A stretch of DNA of 64,000 bases from an uncultured delta proteobacterium (GTDB lineage: Bacteria; Desulfobacterota; Desulfarculia; JACQYL01; CAWGVV01): the NCBI GenBank assembly GCA_963821845.1, contig CAWGFI010000013.1, positions 1,012-65,011 of the forward strand. Direction: 5' to 3'. Below the pieces are notes generated by a model. The model did not search any database. It was given only the letters and a program-made list of their open reading frames with translations, and was not told where the DNA came from. Below are positions 16,214 to 27,112 of the stretch, one piece after another. Made by a program: the position numbers and the translations under genes. How positions within the stretch are numbered: the stretch's first letter is position 1; every line of letters starts with the position of its first letter.

Positions 16214-17512
16214 TCACGATTCCCCGAACACGCGCTTGAAGATGGTGTCCACGTGTTTGAGGTGGTAGTTCAGGTCGAAGATTTGCCGGATCTCTTCCAC
16301 CGAGAGCCACGCAGTCAGATCGGGATCGGCGTTCACCAGATCCTGGAACGTTCCCTGTCCCTCCCATACGCGCATGGCCTGTTTCTGCACCATCTGGTAG
16401 GCGTCCTCACGGGAGGCGCCCTTGCGGGTCAGTTCCAGCAGAATCTGCTGGGAGAAAATCAACCCCTTGGTCAGCTCCAGGTTGCGCTTCATGTTTTCGG
16501 GGTAGACGATGAGCTGATCCACGATTTTCATGAGACGGTTGAGCATGTAGTTGAGCAGCGTCGTGCTGTCGGGGGCGATGACGCGTTCCACCGAGGAATG
16601 GCTGATGTCGCGTTCATGCCACAGGGCCACGTTTTCCAGGGCGGCCACGGCGTTTGATCGCACCAGCCGGGCCAGGCCGGTGATATTTTCGGACCCGATG
16701 GGGTTACGCTTGTGCGGCATGGCGGACGAGCCTTTCTGGCCCTTGGAGAAATATTCCTCCGCCTCCAGTACTTCGGTGCGCTGCAAGTGCCGGATTTCCA
16801 CAGTGATTTTTTCCATGGTGGCGGCGGTTATGGCCAGCGCGGTAAAGTATTCGGCGTAGCGGTCCCGCTGGATAACCTGGCTGGAAGCCGGGGCCGGTTT
16901 GAGCCCGGCCTTGCGGCACACGTAGTCTTCCACTTCGGGCGGAATATTGGCGAAGGTCCCCACCGCGCCGGAAATGGCCCCGTAGGCGATGCCCTCCCGC
17001 GCGTTTTTGACTCGCGTCAGGTTGCGCTTCATCTCGTCATACCAGACGGCCAGCTTGATTCCGAAGGTGATGGGTTCGGCGTGAATGCCGTGCGAGCGGC
17101 CGATCATGACGGTGTTCTTGTGTTCCAGGGCCCGGCGCTTGATGATTTCCATGAATCGTTCGATATCGCCGATGATGATGTCCGCGGCCTTCTTCATCAG
17201 GATGGCCATGGAGGTGTCCAGAATGTCCGATGATGTCAGCCCCTGATGGATGAATCGGGCCTCGGGCCCCACGTGTTCGGCCACATTGGTCAGAAAGGCA
17301 ATCACGTCGTGTTTGGTCACCAGTTCGATTTCGTCCACGCGGTCGGCGTCGACGGCGGCCTTGGCCCTTATTACTTCGACGGCTTCCCCGGGGATCAGGC
17401 CCTGTTCGGCCATGGCCTCGCAGGCCCAGATTTCCACGTCCAGCCAGGTTTGATATTTGGTCTGCTGACTCCACAGTTCAGCCATTTCGGGTCGGGTATA
17501 GCGCGCTATCAT
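16214..17512 (-). CDS. purB: adenylosuccinate lyase
   Basis: 'MIARYTRPEMAELW...', 'GSSAMPHKRNP' fumarate-lyase signature, about 432 aa. The upstream extension to 17575 was rejected. Confidence 0.9.
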   Translation of the reverse strand: MIARYTRPEMAELWSQQTKYQTWLDVEIWACEAMAEQGLIPGEAVEVIRAKAAVDADRVDEIELVTKHDVIAFLTNVAEHVGPEARFIHQGLTSSDILDTSMAILMKKAADIIIGDIERFMEIIKRRALEHKNTVMIGRSHGIHAEPITFGIKLAVWYDEMKRNLTRVKNAREGIAYGAISGAVGTFANIPPEVEDYVCRKAGLKPAPASSQVIQRDRYAEYFTALAITAATMEKITVEIRHLQRTEVLEAEEYFSKGQKGSSAMPHKRNPIGSENITGLARLVRSNAVAALENVALWHERDISHSSVERVIAPDSTTLLNYMLNRLMKIVDQLIVYPENMKRNLELTKGLIFSQQILLELTRKGASREDAYQMVQKQAMRVWEGQGTFQDLVNADPDLTAWLSVEEIRQIFDLNYHLKHVDTIFKRVFGES

Positions 17513-17575
17513 GATGTGGTTCCTTGTCCGGATGTTTAAAATGGGAGGCCGGACTATTGACAAAGTCCCCACCAC

Positions 17576-17647
17576 GTCAACCCGGCGAAAGCCGGGTCCA
17601 GAAGTATTTTGAAAATGCTGGATTCCGCGATCAAGTCGCGGAATGAC
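17576..17647. repeat. pair of REP-like palindromic units in inverted orientation
   Basis: GTCAACCCGGCGAAAGCCGGGTCCAG (17576..17601) and CTGGATTCCGCGATCAAGTCGCGGAATGAC (17618..17647). The same family occurs at 45775..45850 and 59937..59965. Confidence 0.7.
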
Positions 17648-17935
17648 GAAGAGAACTGAGTGACTTTGTCAACACAACCGGCTCCCATACCCACCCCTAA
17701 AAACTTAAAAATTGATGTTCTCCCGAGGGTGAGAGCGTTTCTTTTCCACGGTGAGCGGGAGGAGGAGAAGCTTTTCCCGCCATACGTATATCCTTCCCAT
17801 GCTATTCCATTCTCTCAAATTCGTGTCAAGAAAAAGAATGTAAACGGCCCCGAAAAGCTGGTATGAAGAAAGGCGGCGGCATGGAAACGTTCGGCGCGGG
17901 AAGACAAACACGCGCCCGAGGAATATTCGCACGAC

Positions 17936-20113
17936 ATGGGGAGCGCCCCGTTCGGTCCTTTATTGGACAGCGACCGGCGGTCCCGGGAAAGGGTTTTGGT
18001 TTTGATCATTCAATATGAACGGGAACTCAACCCCGCGCAACTTCAGGCGGTGACGCACGCATCAGGTCCGGTGCTGGTCATCGCGGGCGCGGGAAGCGGC
18101 AAGACCCGCACATTGGTCTACCGCGTGGCCTGGCTGGTGGAACAGGGCGTGGAGCCCGGCGCCATTCTGCTTTTGACCTTCACCCGCCGCTCGGCGGAGG
18201 AAATGCTGTCACGAGCCGGGACGCTGCTCGACGAGCATCGCCTGGGGGTGGAAGGAGGGACGTTCCACTCGGTGGCCAACCGCATGCTCCGGCTCTATGG
18301 CGATCGCATTCACCTGCCCGCGCCGTTTACCATTCTGGACAGGGGGGACACCGAAGGGATCATTTCCTGGATACGCAAGGACCAGGGGCTGAACAAAAAG
18401 GAGCTGCGCTTTCCGCGCAAGGGAACCCTGGCGTCCATTTTCAGCAGATCCGTCAACACCGGCGATTCGCTGGAAACGCTGGTGACGCAACGCTACGACC
18501 ATCTGGAACGGTTTACCGAAGACATCGTGGAGGTGTGGAAGGAATACACGGCCCACAAACGGCAGAACGCGCTCCTGGATTATGACGACCTGCTGGTGTT
18601 TTTTCATCTGCTGCTGCAGGAAGACGAATGGGCGCGCGGGATCGTCACCCAGCGGTACAGCTACGTCCTGGTGGACGAATTTCAGGACACCAACCACTTG
18701 CAGGCCGATATCGTGGAAATGCTCGGCGGCGCCAACCAGAACGTCATGGCGGTGGGCGACGATTCCCAGTCGATCTATTCCTTTCGGGGGGCCAGATTCC
18801 AGAACATGGTGGAGTTTCCCAATCGTTTTCCCAACACCACGGTCATCAAGCTGGAACAGAATTACCGGTCCACGCAGCCGGTGCTGAGCGTCGCCAACAA
18901 GGTGATCGCCGAATCCCCCACGCCCTACACCAAATGCCTGTTCACGGAAATAACGGGCGGGCCGCAACCCACCATCACCGCCGCGCAGAATGAACACCAT
19001 CAGTCGCTGCTGGTTGTCCAATCAATCGCCAATCTGCTGGACCAGGGGGTAAAGCCATCTGAAATTGCCATCCTGTTCCGGTCTTCGTTCCATTCCTTCG
19101 ACCTGGAAGTGGAACTGGGCAATCGCGGCTATTCGTTCGTCAAATACGGCGGGTTCAAATTCCTGGAACTGGCGCACATCAAGGACGTCATGGCGCACCT
19201 GCGGGTCCTGGCCAACAAGCTGGACGCCTATTCCTGGCGACGCATCCTCATGCTGATTCCCGGAATCGGCATGTCGCGGGCGGAAACCATCATGAAAAGC
19301 GCCATGGAATCCGATTCCCCGGCCGAAGGGCTCAAGTCGTATTCCCAGATCGACAAGCTGCCCAAACTCAAGGAACTTGCCGACACTTTCGCGCGTATGG
19401 AGATGATCCGGGGAAATCCCTCCGAACGGGTTGAACTGGTCCTCGACTATTATCAACCCCTTCTGGAAGCGGCGCATGACGATCATCCCAAGCGACGGAG
19501 ACAGCTGGACGAGTTGGTGTTTCTGGCTCAGCGCTTCCACAAAACAGAGGATTTTCTGGCCGAGGTGACGCTGGAACCGCCTCAGGAAGAGCGCGGAGCC
19601 GAAATCGGCAAGGGCGAGACGCTGACGCTGTCCACCATTCATTCGGCCAAGGGGCTGGAGTGGCGGGCGGTCTATATCATATGGGCCGCCGAGGGGTGGT
19701 TTCCGAGCGGAATGTCGGCGGACGATTCGGAAGATATGGAGGAGGAACGGCGTCTGTTATATGTGGCCGTGACCCGCGCGCGGGAGTGGCTGTACATTCT
19801 GTACCCGCGCGTGGCCTACAAGCGGGGGGAGGGCGAACTTTTCACCAAACCGTCACGCTATATAGAGAATCTGCTCGATAACGGACCGGCGCCCTGCGCG
19901 CCCATATCGAGAAAAGGAACCAGCGATCTGCTGCTGAGCCTGAACACGAAATTCGGGGGAAGCCTGACCGGAAAAAGGGTGAATCATCCCACGTTCGGGG
20001 CCGGGTCGGTCATTGCGCACAAGGGAATGGACAGCGTCGTGGTGCAATTCGATTCCAAGGGGTTGATCAGCCTGAACCTGAAATACGCGCCATTGACAAT
20101 CATCGAGGAGTGA
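17936..20113 (+). CDS. UvrD/Rep/PcrA-family ATP-dependent DNA helicase
   Basis: 'LNPAQLQAVTHASGPVLVIAGAGSGKTRTLVYRVAWLV', 'VLVDEFQDTN', 'TIHSAKGLEW' and 'RLLYVAVTRAR' motifs. Confidence 0.9.
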   Translation: MGSAPFGPLLDSDRRSRERVLVLIIQYERELNPAQLQAVTHASGPVLVIAGAGSGKTRTLVYRVAWLVEQGVEPGAILLLTFTRRSAEEMLSRAGTLLDEHRLGVEGGTFHSVANRMLRLYGDRIHLPAPFTILDRGDTEGIISWIRKDQGLNKKELRFPRKGTLASIFSRSVNTGDSLETLVTQRYDHLERFTEDIVEVWKEYTAHKRQNALLDYDDLLVFFHLLLQEDEWARGIVTQRYSYVLVDEFQDTNHLQADIVEMLGGANQNVMAVGDDSQSIYSFRGARFQNMVEFPNRFPNTTVIKLEQNYRSTQPVLSVANKVIAESPTPYTKCLFTEITGGPQPTITAAQNEHHQSLLVVQSIANLLDQGVKPSEIAILFRSSFHSFDLEVELGNRGYSFVKYGGFKFLELAHIKDVMAHLRVLANKLDAYSWRRILMLIPGIGMSRAETIMKSAMESDSPAEGLKSYSQIDKLPKLKELADTFARMEMIRGNPSERVELVLDYYQPLLEAAHDDHPKRRRQLDELVFLAQRFHKTEDFLAEVTLEPPQEERGAEIGKGETLTLSTIHSAKGLEWRAVYIIWAAEGWFPSGMSADDSEDMEEERRLLYVAVTRAREWLYILYPRVAYKRGEGELFTKPSRYIENLLDNGPAPCAPISRKGTSDLLLSLNTKFGGSLTGKRVNHPTFGAGSVIAHKGMDSVVVQFDSKGLISLNLKYAPLTIIEE

Positions 20114-20344
20114 TTACCAATATTATAGAAATTTAATTAAAAAATGGAGTTCTCATCAGCGTTTATTTCTTTTCGAATAGAGAACTTATAAAAAAACGTG
20201 AGTCCTTGACTTGCGGCGCGTAAAATATAAAGGGACATAGTTTTTGATTTCTTCGTTTAAACTTCCGGAAGAGGAGAATGTCTAAACAGAAGAGTTGGAA
20301 GTCCGGATCCCAAGAGAGAATTTGGTGCGTGATTGGAGCCTGTC

Positions 20345-20545
20345 ATGGTTAATGTGTTGGTCGATATAAACGACCCTAAACCGATCAAGAAGTACGGCAA
20401 GCGAAACGTGTTTTGCCGGCACTATAATAACTGCCTCGACTATGCGGTAGATCACCAGTGGCGTAACTTTGCCTGTCCCTCCGAGTGCGCGTTTATTCGC
20501 GACAAGGCGGCTATGAAACTGCAGCACGTGGTCAACAGCGAATAA
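20345..20545 (+). CDS. small Cys-containing hypothetical protein
   Basis: ORF 'MVNVLVDINDPKPIKKYGKRNVFCRHYNNCLDYAVDHQWRNFACPSECAF'. No family recognised. Confidence 0.4.
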   Translation: MVNVLVDINDPKPIKKYGKRNVFCRHYNNCLDYAVDHQWRNFACPSECAFIRDKAAMKLQHVVNSE

Positions 20546-20560
20546 TCAGCGCCGACACCG

Positions 20561-21451
20561 CTAACGCTTGATAGATATTTCGAGAAACAGGTCCCCCGGG
20601 GGCCTGTTTTTTTTTCCCTGCTCGCCCTGGCCTTTCAGGCGAAGCCGGGCGCCGGGCTGGGTGCGAGGCGGGATGCGGACCGACAGTTTCCTGTCTTCCG
20701 GCCAAATGGGATGGGCGATGATGATCTTGCCCCCTTGCAGCGCCAGCAGGGGGTCAATGGTGACCTTGTAACTCAGGCTCTTCCCCCGTCCGGCGTCGTG
20801 AGCAAACGGCGCGAGAACGCTTTTCTGTAAAAGGCGCCACGATTTACCCACCAACGATTTGACGCTTTCCAGAGGCCGGGTTTCGGGCCTTGTCGGGGCT
20901 TGCCTGCGGACGGCCGTCTGGGGACGCCGCGCCCCCGGATTGACCCTCGTTCGGGCGCCGTTCTGAAAGGTCGCCCCGCCCATGAAAACGCCTCTGCCGC
21001 CAAAAAAGACCTGGTTGAAAAAGGTGGGGTCCGCGCGCATGCCCCGGCGCTGGAACTCCTTCATGAGTTCGCGCATGAACTGATTCTGCTGGGAGCGGTT
21101 GAAAAAATCCTGAAATATATCTTCCTGGGCAAAGGAAGGCCCGTTCGTTCCGGCGCTCCGGTTCCGGCTCCGGGGGGCGAACGAGCGCCCCCGATCGTAT
21201 TCCGACCTTCGGACCGGATCGGTCAGCACCGCATAGGCTTCGCTGATCTCCTTGAACCGCTCTTCGGAGAATTTATCGCCGTTGGCGTGGTCAGGGTGAT
21301 ATTTCATAGCCAGACGGCGAAAAGCGCTCTTTATCTCCTTTTCACCGTCGTTCGATTTGACGCCGAGCATTGAATAATAATCTTTCACGGGCCTAGTATA
21401 ACAAGCTTCCTTCGTTTTACAAGAATATTGAACGGAGCGGTTTCGCCCCAT
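20561..21451 (-). CDS. DnaJ (J-domain) protein, CbpA-like
   Basis: J domain '[36 protein letters not shown]...[16 protein letters not shown]' with the HPD motif. Confidence 0.85.
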   Translation of the reverse strand: MGRNRSVQYSCKTKEACYTRPVKDYYSMLGVKSNDGEKEIKSAFRRLAMKYHPDHANGDKFSEERFKEISEAYAVLTDPVRRSEYDRGRSFAPRSRNRSAGTNGPSFAQEDIFQDFFNRSQQNQFMRELMKEFQRRGMRADPTFFNQVFFGGRGVFMGGATFQNGARTRVNPGARRPQTAVRRQAPTRPETRPLESVKSLVGKSWRLLQKSVLAPFAHDAGRGKSLSYKVTIDPLLALQGGKIIIAHPIWPEDRKLSVRIPPRTQPGARLRLKGQGEQGKKNRPPGDLFLEISIKR

Positions 21452-21670
21452 CAGAGAACTATTTTACTCTTGCAAAAATTACTCCTACCATGCAGTATCC
21501 TGTCTGTCCCCGTCCCAAGTCATTGCCAAAAGAGGATATTTCGGTTTCAGGCCGCCTCGGATACGGTGAAGGCGAAAAACCCGACGGCCTGGCGGGAGTG
21601 TGCGCTCCGTGTTTTTGTTATTACTTTAAACCAGTCGTGAATCGTCTCATGCCGTGAGGGAGGAACAGTA

Positions 21671-24070
21671 ATGGCCTCAGGAAAAGTGCGAGAACTATCA
21701 GCCGATTTGCTCCGGGGTGTCGTCGATCCCGACAGCCTCGGCGCGCAGAGCACGGAGAACGCCTGTTCCCTAGAAGAACCGGTCATCGCGCAGGAACGCG
21801 CCCTGGATGCGCTCAATTTCGCCCTGGGCATGAAGGGGCTGGATTACAACGCGTATGTGGCCGGTCCGGCCAGGGCCGACATGGAAGCGCTCACCAGGGT
21901 TATCGTGAACAAGGCGGCCTCCCGGACGGCTACTCCTCCCGATCTGATCTACGTGAATAATTTCAAGGACTCCGAACAGCCGCGCGTCATAGCGCTGGAA
22001 AAGGGATTGGGTTCCCAATTCAGGAAGGACATGGAAGAGTTCATCGAAATGACGCAGGCGGAAATTCCCGATGTCTTCGAGAGCGAGGAGTATACCACCA
22101 GACGGGAGGAAATCAGCGGGGAGTACGAAACCATCCGCAAGGGGGTTCTGGATCGTCTGGAAGAGGAGGCGCGCAAGGAAGGATTCATCCTCAACATCGG
22201 TCAGACCGGCATGATGATCATCCCCGCGGAGGATGACGCCGCCATGAGCGAGGAGGCCATCCGGAACCTGGACGAGGACCGCAAAAAAGAGTTGCGGGAA
22301 AAGAGCGAAAAGCTCCAGGCGCGAATGGGCGAAGTGGTCCGCCAGTTGCGGAAACTGGAAAAGGAGTTTAAGAAGCGCAAAAAGGAGCATGACCAGGAGA
22401 TCGCGCTCTATGTGGTTTCGCACCACATCGAGGAACTCAAGGAAAAGTACGAGGCCAGCGAGGACATCCGGACCTACCTGGAAGAGGTGAAACAGGATAT
22501 TGTCCAGAACATCGATGACTTTCGGCAGAAAAGCGCGATCCCGCAGCTTCCCCTGCCCATGGCCGCGGCTCAACCCAATCTGACCCGTTACGAAGTCAAT
22601 GTGTTCGTGGACAACAGCGAGCTGGAAGGGGCGCCGGTTATTTTCGAATCCAACCCCACCTTCCCCAACCTGTTCGGAACCATCGAACGAAAGGCTCAGT
22701 TCGGCGCCCTGTTCACCGATTTCACCATGGTCAGGCCCGGCGCCATCCACCGGGCCAACGGCGGGTTCCTGGTCATCAAGGTTCTGGACATCCTGAAGCA
22801 TTATTATTCCTACGAAGGAATAAAACGGGCGCTTAAAAACGGCGAAATTTCGGTGGAGGACCTGGGGGAACAACTGGGGTTTTTCTCCACCAGGGTTCTC
22901 AAGCCCCAGCCCGTCAAATTGAACATCAAGGTGGTGCTCATCGGCTCGTCGCTTTATTATCACCTGCTGTATTTCTATGACGAGGACTTCTCCAAACTGT
23001 TCAAAGTCAAGGCCCACGTGGACGATCAGATCAAGACCTCGGACAAGGAAATCCAGGATTACATTTCGTTCATGTGCACGGTGGTGCAAAAATACGATCT
23101 TCCCCATCTGGACAAGACCGGCATCGCGCGGGTGATCGAATACGGGTCCGAACTGGCCGAACGGCGCGACAAACTATCGCTGGAAACCACGGCCCTCGCC
23201 GACATCATCAAGGAGTCCGCGTACTGGGCGGGGCAAGCCGGTAGCGGACTCATCGCCTACGAACACGTGGAACAGGCCATCCGCCGCAAAAAATACCGTT
23301 CCAACCTGTACGAAGAACGGGTGCAGGAGCTGATCCGGGAAGATACGCTCAAAATACAGACCAGCGGCGAAGCCGTCGGCCAGATCAACGGGCTGTCGGT
23401 CATCGACTTGGGCGACTACATGTTCGGCAGGCCCAGCCGTATCACCGCCACGGTGGCCCTGGGTAAGGAAGGCGTCGTGGACATCGAGCGGGAAGCCGAA
23501 CTGGGCGGCTCTTTTCACACCAAGGGCGTCATGATCCTGGACGGTTACCTGAAAACCAAATACGCGCAGGACGTGTCCCTTTCGTTGACCGCCAGCATCG
23601 CCTTTGAACAGAGCTATTCCTATATCGATGGGGACAGCGCGTCCGGGGCGGAACTGTTCGCGTTGTTGTCGGCCATAGGCAAGCTTCCCCTGAAACAATC
23701 GATCGCGGTGACCGGTTCGGTCAGCCAATTTGGGGAAATCCAGCCCATCGGCGGCGCCAATCACAAGATCGAAGGCTTTTTCGACATCTGCGCCGAACGG
23801 GGGCTGACCGGAGAAGAAGGCGTCATCATCCCGGTGGGCAACGCAAACGACCTCATGCTCAAATCCGAAGTGGTGGAAGCGGTTCGCGCGGGCAAGTTTC
23901 ATGTCTACGCCGTGGGCAGCGCCGACGAGGCCATGACCATCCTGACCGGGCTCAAGCCCGGCAACCTCAGGAAAGACGGTTCATACACCAAAGACAGCTT
24001 TAACGACGTGGTAAAGAGAAGTCTCAAGGAGATGTTCGAACGGGCGAAGAAGCTGGACCACGGCAAGTAA
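21671..24070 (+). CDS. Lon-related ATP-dependent protease (AAA-like domain plus Lon S16 proteolytic domain)
   Basis: 799 aa. C-terminal 'YIDGDSASGAELFALLSAIGKLPLKQSIAVTGSV...GGANHKIEGFF' matches the Lon Ser-Lys protease domain. Confidence 0.8.
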   Translation: MASGKVRELSADLLRGVVDPDSLGAQSTENACSLEEPVIAQERALDALNFALGMKGLDYNAYVAGPARADMEALTRVIVNKAASRTATPPDLIYVNNFKDSEQPRVIALEKGLGSQFRKDMEEFIEMTQAEIPDVFESEEYTTRREEISGEYETIRKGVLDRLEEEARKEGFILNIGQTGMMIIPAEDDAAMSEEAIRNLDEDRKKELREKSEKLQARMGEVVRQLRKLEKEFKKRKKEHDQEIALYVVSHHIEELKEKYEASEDIRTYLEEVKQDIVQNIDDFRQKSAIPQLPLPMAAAQPNLTRYEVNVFVDNSELEGAPVIFESNPTFPNLFGTIERKAQFGALFTDFTMVRPGAIHRANGGFLVIKVLDILKHYYSYEGIKRALKNGEISVEDLGEQLGFFSTRVLKPQPVKLNIKVVLIGSSLYYHLLYFYDEDFSKLFKVKAHVDDQIKTSDKEIQDYISFMCTVVQKYDLPHLDKTGIARVIEYGSELAERRDKLSLETTALADIIKESAYWAGQAGSGLIAYEHVEQAIRRKKYRSNLYEERVQELIREDTLKIQTSGEAVGQINGLSVIDLGDYMFGRPSRITATVALGKEGVVDIEREAELGGSFHTKGVMILDGYLKTKYAQDVSLSLTASIAFEQSYSYIDGDSASGAELFALLSAIGKLPLKQSIAVTGSVSQFGEIQPIGGANHKIEGFFDICAERGLTGEEGVIIPVGNANDLMLKSEVVEAVRAGKFHVYAVGSADEAMTILTGLKPGNLRKDGSYTKDSFNDVVKRSLKEMFERAKKLDHGK

Positions 24071-24128
24071 CTCGGCTCCCGGCAAGCCCCATGCCGGTAA
24101 ACGGCTCGCCGGCGGAAGGGAAGGAATA

Positions 24129-25031
24129 GTGGATATTCGGAAACTCGAAGTCTTTAGAAAAGTGTATGAACTGAAGAGCTTCTCCCGGGCGGGGGACGAA
24201 ACCTACCTGTCCCAGCCCACCGTCAGCGGCCACATCAAGTATCTGGAAGATTACCTGGAGTGCAAGCTGTTTGATCGGCTGGGCAAGGAAGTCGTTCCCA
24301 CGCGGGCGGGCGATATCCTGTACGAATACGCCGTCGAGATCATCAATCTTCGCGAAAAGGCCGAGTACGCGTTAAACCAGTTTCAGGGCAAGATGAAGGG
24401 AAAACTGCTCATCGGGGGCAGCACCATCCCCGGCGGCTACATCCTTCCGCTGCTGTTGGGCGCTTTCCGCGCTAAATACAAGGACGTGCTGTCCTCGCTG
24501 CACGTGGGCGACACCCGTCAGATCGTGGATATGGTGGTGGACGCGCAGGTGGAAATCGGCATGGTGGGCGCGCGCATCAATCATCCCTCGGTGCGGTACG
24601 AGCCGTTCGAGGGAGACCGGCTGATACTGGTGACCCTGCCCACCGATCCCCTGCTCAAAAAAGAACGCATCACCCTGAAGGATCTCACCGAGGCGCCGTT
24701 TATCCTCAGGGAGCACGGATCGGGCACCCGGATGGCCTTGCAGCGTTCCCTGCAGGAGGTTTCCCTGGAATTCAATCAGTTGAATATCGTGGCTGAAATG
24801 GGCAGCACGCAGGCGGTGAAGCAGGCCATCAAGGGCGGGGTCGGGGTGTCCATTCTGTCCAATCGGGCGGTCGAGGACGAGCTGCGGTTCGGGGTTCTCA
24901 AGGAGGCGCCGGTGGAAGGGTTTTCTATAAGCAGGGACTTTTTTCTGGTCGTCCACCGCAACAGGACGCTTTCGCCCATATGCACGGCGTTTTGGGAGTT
25001 CTGCCTGAGCCGCCGGTCGAGTCAGGTATAA
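24129..25031 (+). CDS. LysR-family transcriptional regulator
   Basis: '(M)DIRKLEVFRKVYELKSFSRAGDETYLSQPTVSGHIKYLE' HTH plus a LysR substrate-binding domain. GTG start. Confidence 0.9.
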   Translation: MDIRKLEVFRKVYELKSFSRAGDETYLSQPTVSGHIKYLEDYLECKLFDRLGKEVVPTRAGDILYEYAVEIINLREKAEYALNQFQGKMKGKLLIGGSTIPGGYILPLLLGAFRAKYKDVLSSLHVGDTRQIVDMVVDAQVEIGMVGARINHPSVRYEPFEGDRLILVTLPTDPLLKKERITLKDLTEAPFILREHGSGTRMALQRSLQEVSLEFNQLNIVAEMGSTQAVKQAIKGGVGVSILSNRAVEDELRFGVLKEAPVEGFSISRDFFLVVHRNRTLSPICTAFWEFCLSRRSSQV

Positions 25032-25037
25032 AATTTT

Positions 25038-25547
25038 TCAGAGCAGGTCCGAGATGGCCTTTTCGAAATCCTTGTAGGAACGGGGGCCGACAAACCGGGC
25101 GCCCAGGCGTCCCTGCTTGCCGATGATCCAACTGGTGGGGATGCCCCGCACACCGTATTTTTCCGCCAGTTGCGGTGTGCCCAACAAAACCTGATAGTTG
25201 ATGTCTTTCCGTTTGACGAATTCCCGGACCTGTTTTTCGCCGCCCGAATCCAGCGAGACGGCGAGAATGGTGACGCCCTTGCCGCGGTAGTTTTCATACA
25301 GTTCCCGCAGGGCCGGAATCTGCTTGTGACACGCTCCGCACCAGGTGGCCCAGAAGGTCAGAATCACCACCTCGTTTTCGTAGTCGGCGAGCGAAACGTC
25401 CTTGCCGTCCAGGTTTTTGACGGTAAAACCGGGGGCCTTGTGAGCCATCCCGTCGGCCGCGAGGACCGCCGGTCCTGTCCAAACGGCCAGAAGCGTCAGG
25501 CAAAGGACCAGCGCCATATATGTTTTGCGAAGCATTCTCATTTTCAT
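25038..25547 (-). CDS. TlpA/redoxin-family thiol-disulfide oxidoreductase, exported
   Basis: Signal peptide, then 'VILTFWATWCGACHKQIPAL' (CxxC thioredoxin fold). Confidence 0.85.
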   Translation of the reverse strand: MKMRMLRKTYMALVLCLTLLAVWTGPAVLAADGMAHKAPGFTVKNLDGKDVSLADYENEVVILTFWATWCGACHKQIPALRELYENYRGKGVTILAVSLDSGGEKQVREFVKRKDINYQVLLGTPQLAEKYGVRGIPTSWIIGKQGRLGARFVGPRSYKDFEKAISDLL

Positions 25548-25613
25548 GAACGCTCAATACCATTGAATCGAATCGAACGCAACCACTCCGGACGGGGCGA
25601 TCGGCCCGGAAAA

Positions 25614-26606
25614 ATGATTGAGGACGACATGAAACACATCGCCATCAGCGAAATGGTCAACGGCGCGGAAATCAAACAATTCTTCATTCTGAACAAAAAG
25701 GAGGAGCGGGTTACCAAGCGCGGCGACCCGTTCTGGGACGTCACCCTGTCCGACGCCACCGGCAAGATCAAGGGCAAGGTGTGGTCGGACACGATCAATC
25801 GCTGCCAGAAGGATCTGACGCAGGGCAGTATCGTGGGTGTGAGAGGGACGGTCCAGGTCTACCAGGAAGAGCCCCAGCTCACCATCACCTACCTGGCCGA
25901 CGTGGAAAACATCAAGGAGCAGGGCGGGGACGTGACCTCCCTGGACATGAACCTGCTGATCGCTTCCACCAGCCGGGATGTGGACGCCATGTGGCGGGAA
26001 TCGCTCGACATCATCGACGCGCATATCGAACACCCGGAACTGAAAAAGCTGGTGATCGCCATCTATGAGGAACATGAAGAGGCGATCAAGCAGACGCCCG
26101 CGGCGCTGCTCTATCATCATTCATACCGGGGCGGATTGCTCGAACACTGCCACGCGCTCCTGAAAAGCGTGGTGGCGTGGTACGAATGGGAGGGCGTCGG
26201 GGACAAAGGCTTGATGATCGCGGGCGCGGCCCTGCACGATATCGGGAAAATCTTCGAGATCGAGGGAACCGGCGTGTACGAAAAGACGCTGGAAGGAAGG
26301 TTGTGCGGCCACATCATCCAGGGAAGGGATCTCACGCGCGAGGCCGCCCGGAACATGGAATTTTCCGACACGGGGCTGCTTATGCAACTGGAGCACATCA
26401 TTTTGTCCCATCATGGGCAGCTCGAGTTCGGCTCGCCGGTCCCGCCCAAGACCCGGGAGGCGTTTATCGTGCATTCGCTGGACGATCTGAACGCCAAACT
26501 GAAAATGATCGACGACCATATGGCCAAGGGCGACAAGGGCTCGGGTTTCACGGATTATCACCGGGTGTTGAAACGCGAATTCATGGCCCCCAAAAAGGAA
26601 TCCTGA
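25614..26606 (+). CDS. YhaM-like 3'-5' exoribonuclease family protein (OB-fold plus HD domain)
   Basis: 'FFILNKKEERVTKRGDPFWDVTLSDATGKIKGKVWS' OB fold. 'HHSYRGGLLEHCHAL...AALHDIGK' HD domain. Start at 25614 or 25629; the long upstream extension overlaps the redoxin gene antisense. Confidence 0.75.
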   Translation: MIEDDMKHIAISEMVNGAEIKQFFILNKKEERVTKRGDPFWDVTLSDATGKIKGKVWSDTINRCQKDLTQGSIVGVRGTVQVYQEEPQLTITYLADVENIKEQGGDVTSLDMNLLIASTSRDVDAMWRESLDIIDAHIEHPELKKLVIAIYEEHEEAIKQTPAALLYHHSYRGGLLEHCHALLKSVVAWYEWEGVGDKGLMIAGAALHDIGKIFEIEGTGVYEKTLEGRLCGHIIQGRDLTREAARNMEFSDTGLLMQLEHIILSHHGQLEFGSPVPPKTREAFIVHSLDDLNAKLKMIDDHMAKGDKGSGFTDYHRVLKREFMAPKKES

Positions 26607-26716
26607 ACCGGGAACGTCCGGCGGTCGAAACTTCCCGGATGATCTTTACTTCGTCGCGCTTTTCAAGTAATCTTTTAACAAAGAAAACCGGCGCCGTCCG
26701 GCGCTCGAGGTCGACT

Positions 26717-27088
26717 ATGGCATGGTATCTGTATCTGGTGAGTCTCTTCATGGTGGCTATCTCCGCCACTTATATTTTGTATCCCGAATCTTTCAAGGAC
26801 GTAACCCGTTCGCTCGTTATCGATGTTAATCCCCGATATCTGGCGATCGTCGCGCTGGCCATGGGAATACTGTTGCTGGTTTCCCGGTCTTGGGCGCATT
26901 CGGTAACGTTGGTGACCATACTGGGGCTGTTGGCCCTGTTAAAGGGCGTGTTACTGTTGCTCGCCCCGAAGGTAATCATGAGCGTCTACCTTGATTGGTG
27001 GTTCTACCGCGCCTCGCCGCAGGCCCATCGCGCTATGGGCCTGATCGTGTTCGCGTTGGGGGTGACCCTCTTTTATCAGATTATTTAA
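26717..27088 (+). CDS. small integral membrane protein
   Basis: 123 aa with 3-4 hydrophobic segments ('MAWYLYLVSLFMVAISATYIL...LGLLALLKGVLLLLAP'). Confidence 0.55.
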   Translation: MAWYLYLVSLFMVAISATYILYPESFKDVTRSLVIDVNPRYLAIVALAMGILLLVSRSWAHSVTLVTILGLLALLKGVLLLLAPKVIMSVYLDWWFYRASPQAHRAMGLIVFALGVTLFYQII

Positions 27089-27112
27089 TTCCCTCCGACA
27101 CGATCAATTCCC

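Noticed and set aside
21770-23107. 445-aa minus-strand ORF antisense to the Lon-like protease. Similar long antisense ORFs lie at 28046..29083, 28935..30512, 31307..32290, 36746..37900, 38687..40120, 41266..42282, 48044..49090, 53085..54125, 58207..59088 and 61148..61963.
   Set aside because: All overlap genes with strong family signatures on the other strand. All have low-complexity, G/R/H/D-rich sequences with no recognisable motifs.
25170-25613. N-terminal extension of the YhaM-like ORF. Analogous extensions lie at 26177..26716, 32679..32879, 37624..37800, 59016..59192, 17513..17575 and 51662..51781.
   Set aside because: The extensions overlap neighbouring genes or their antisense strands and have aberrant composition. 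Internal Met or GTG starts give proteins that begin where family homology begins.
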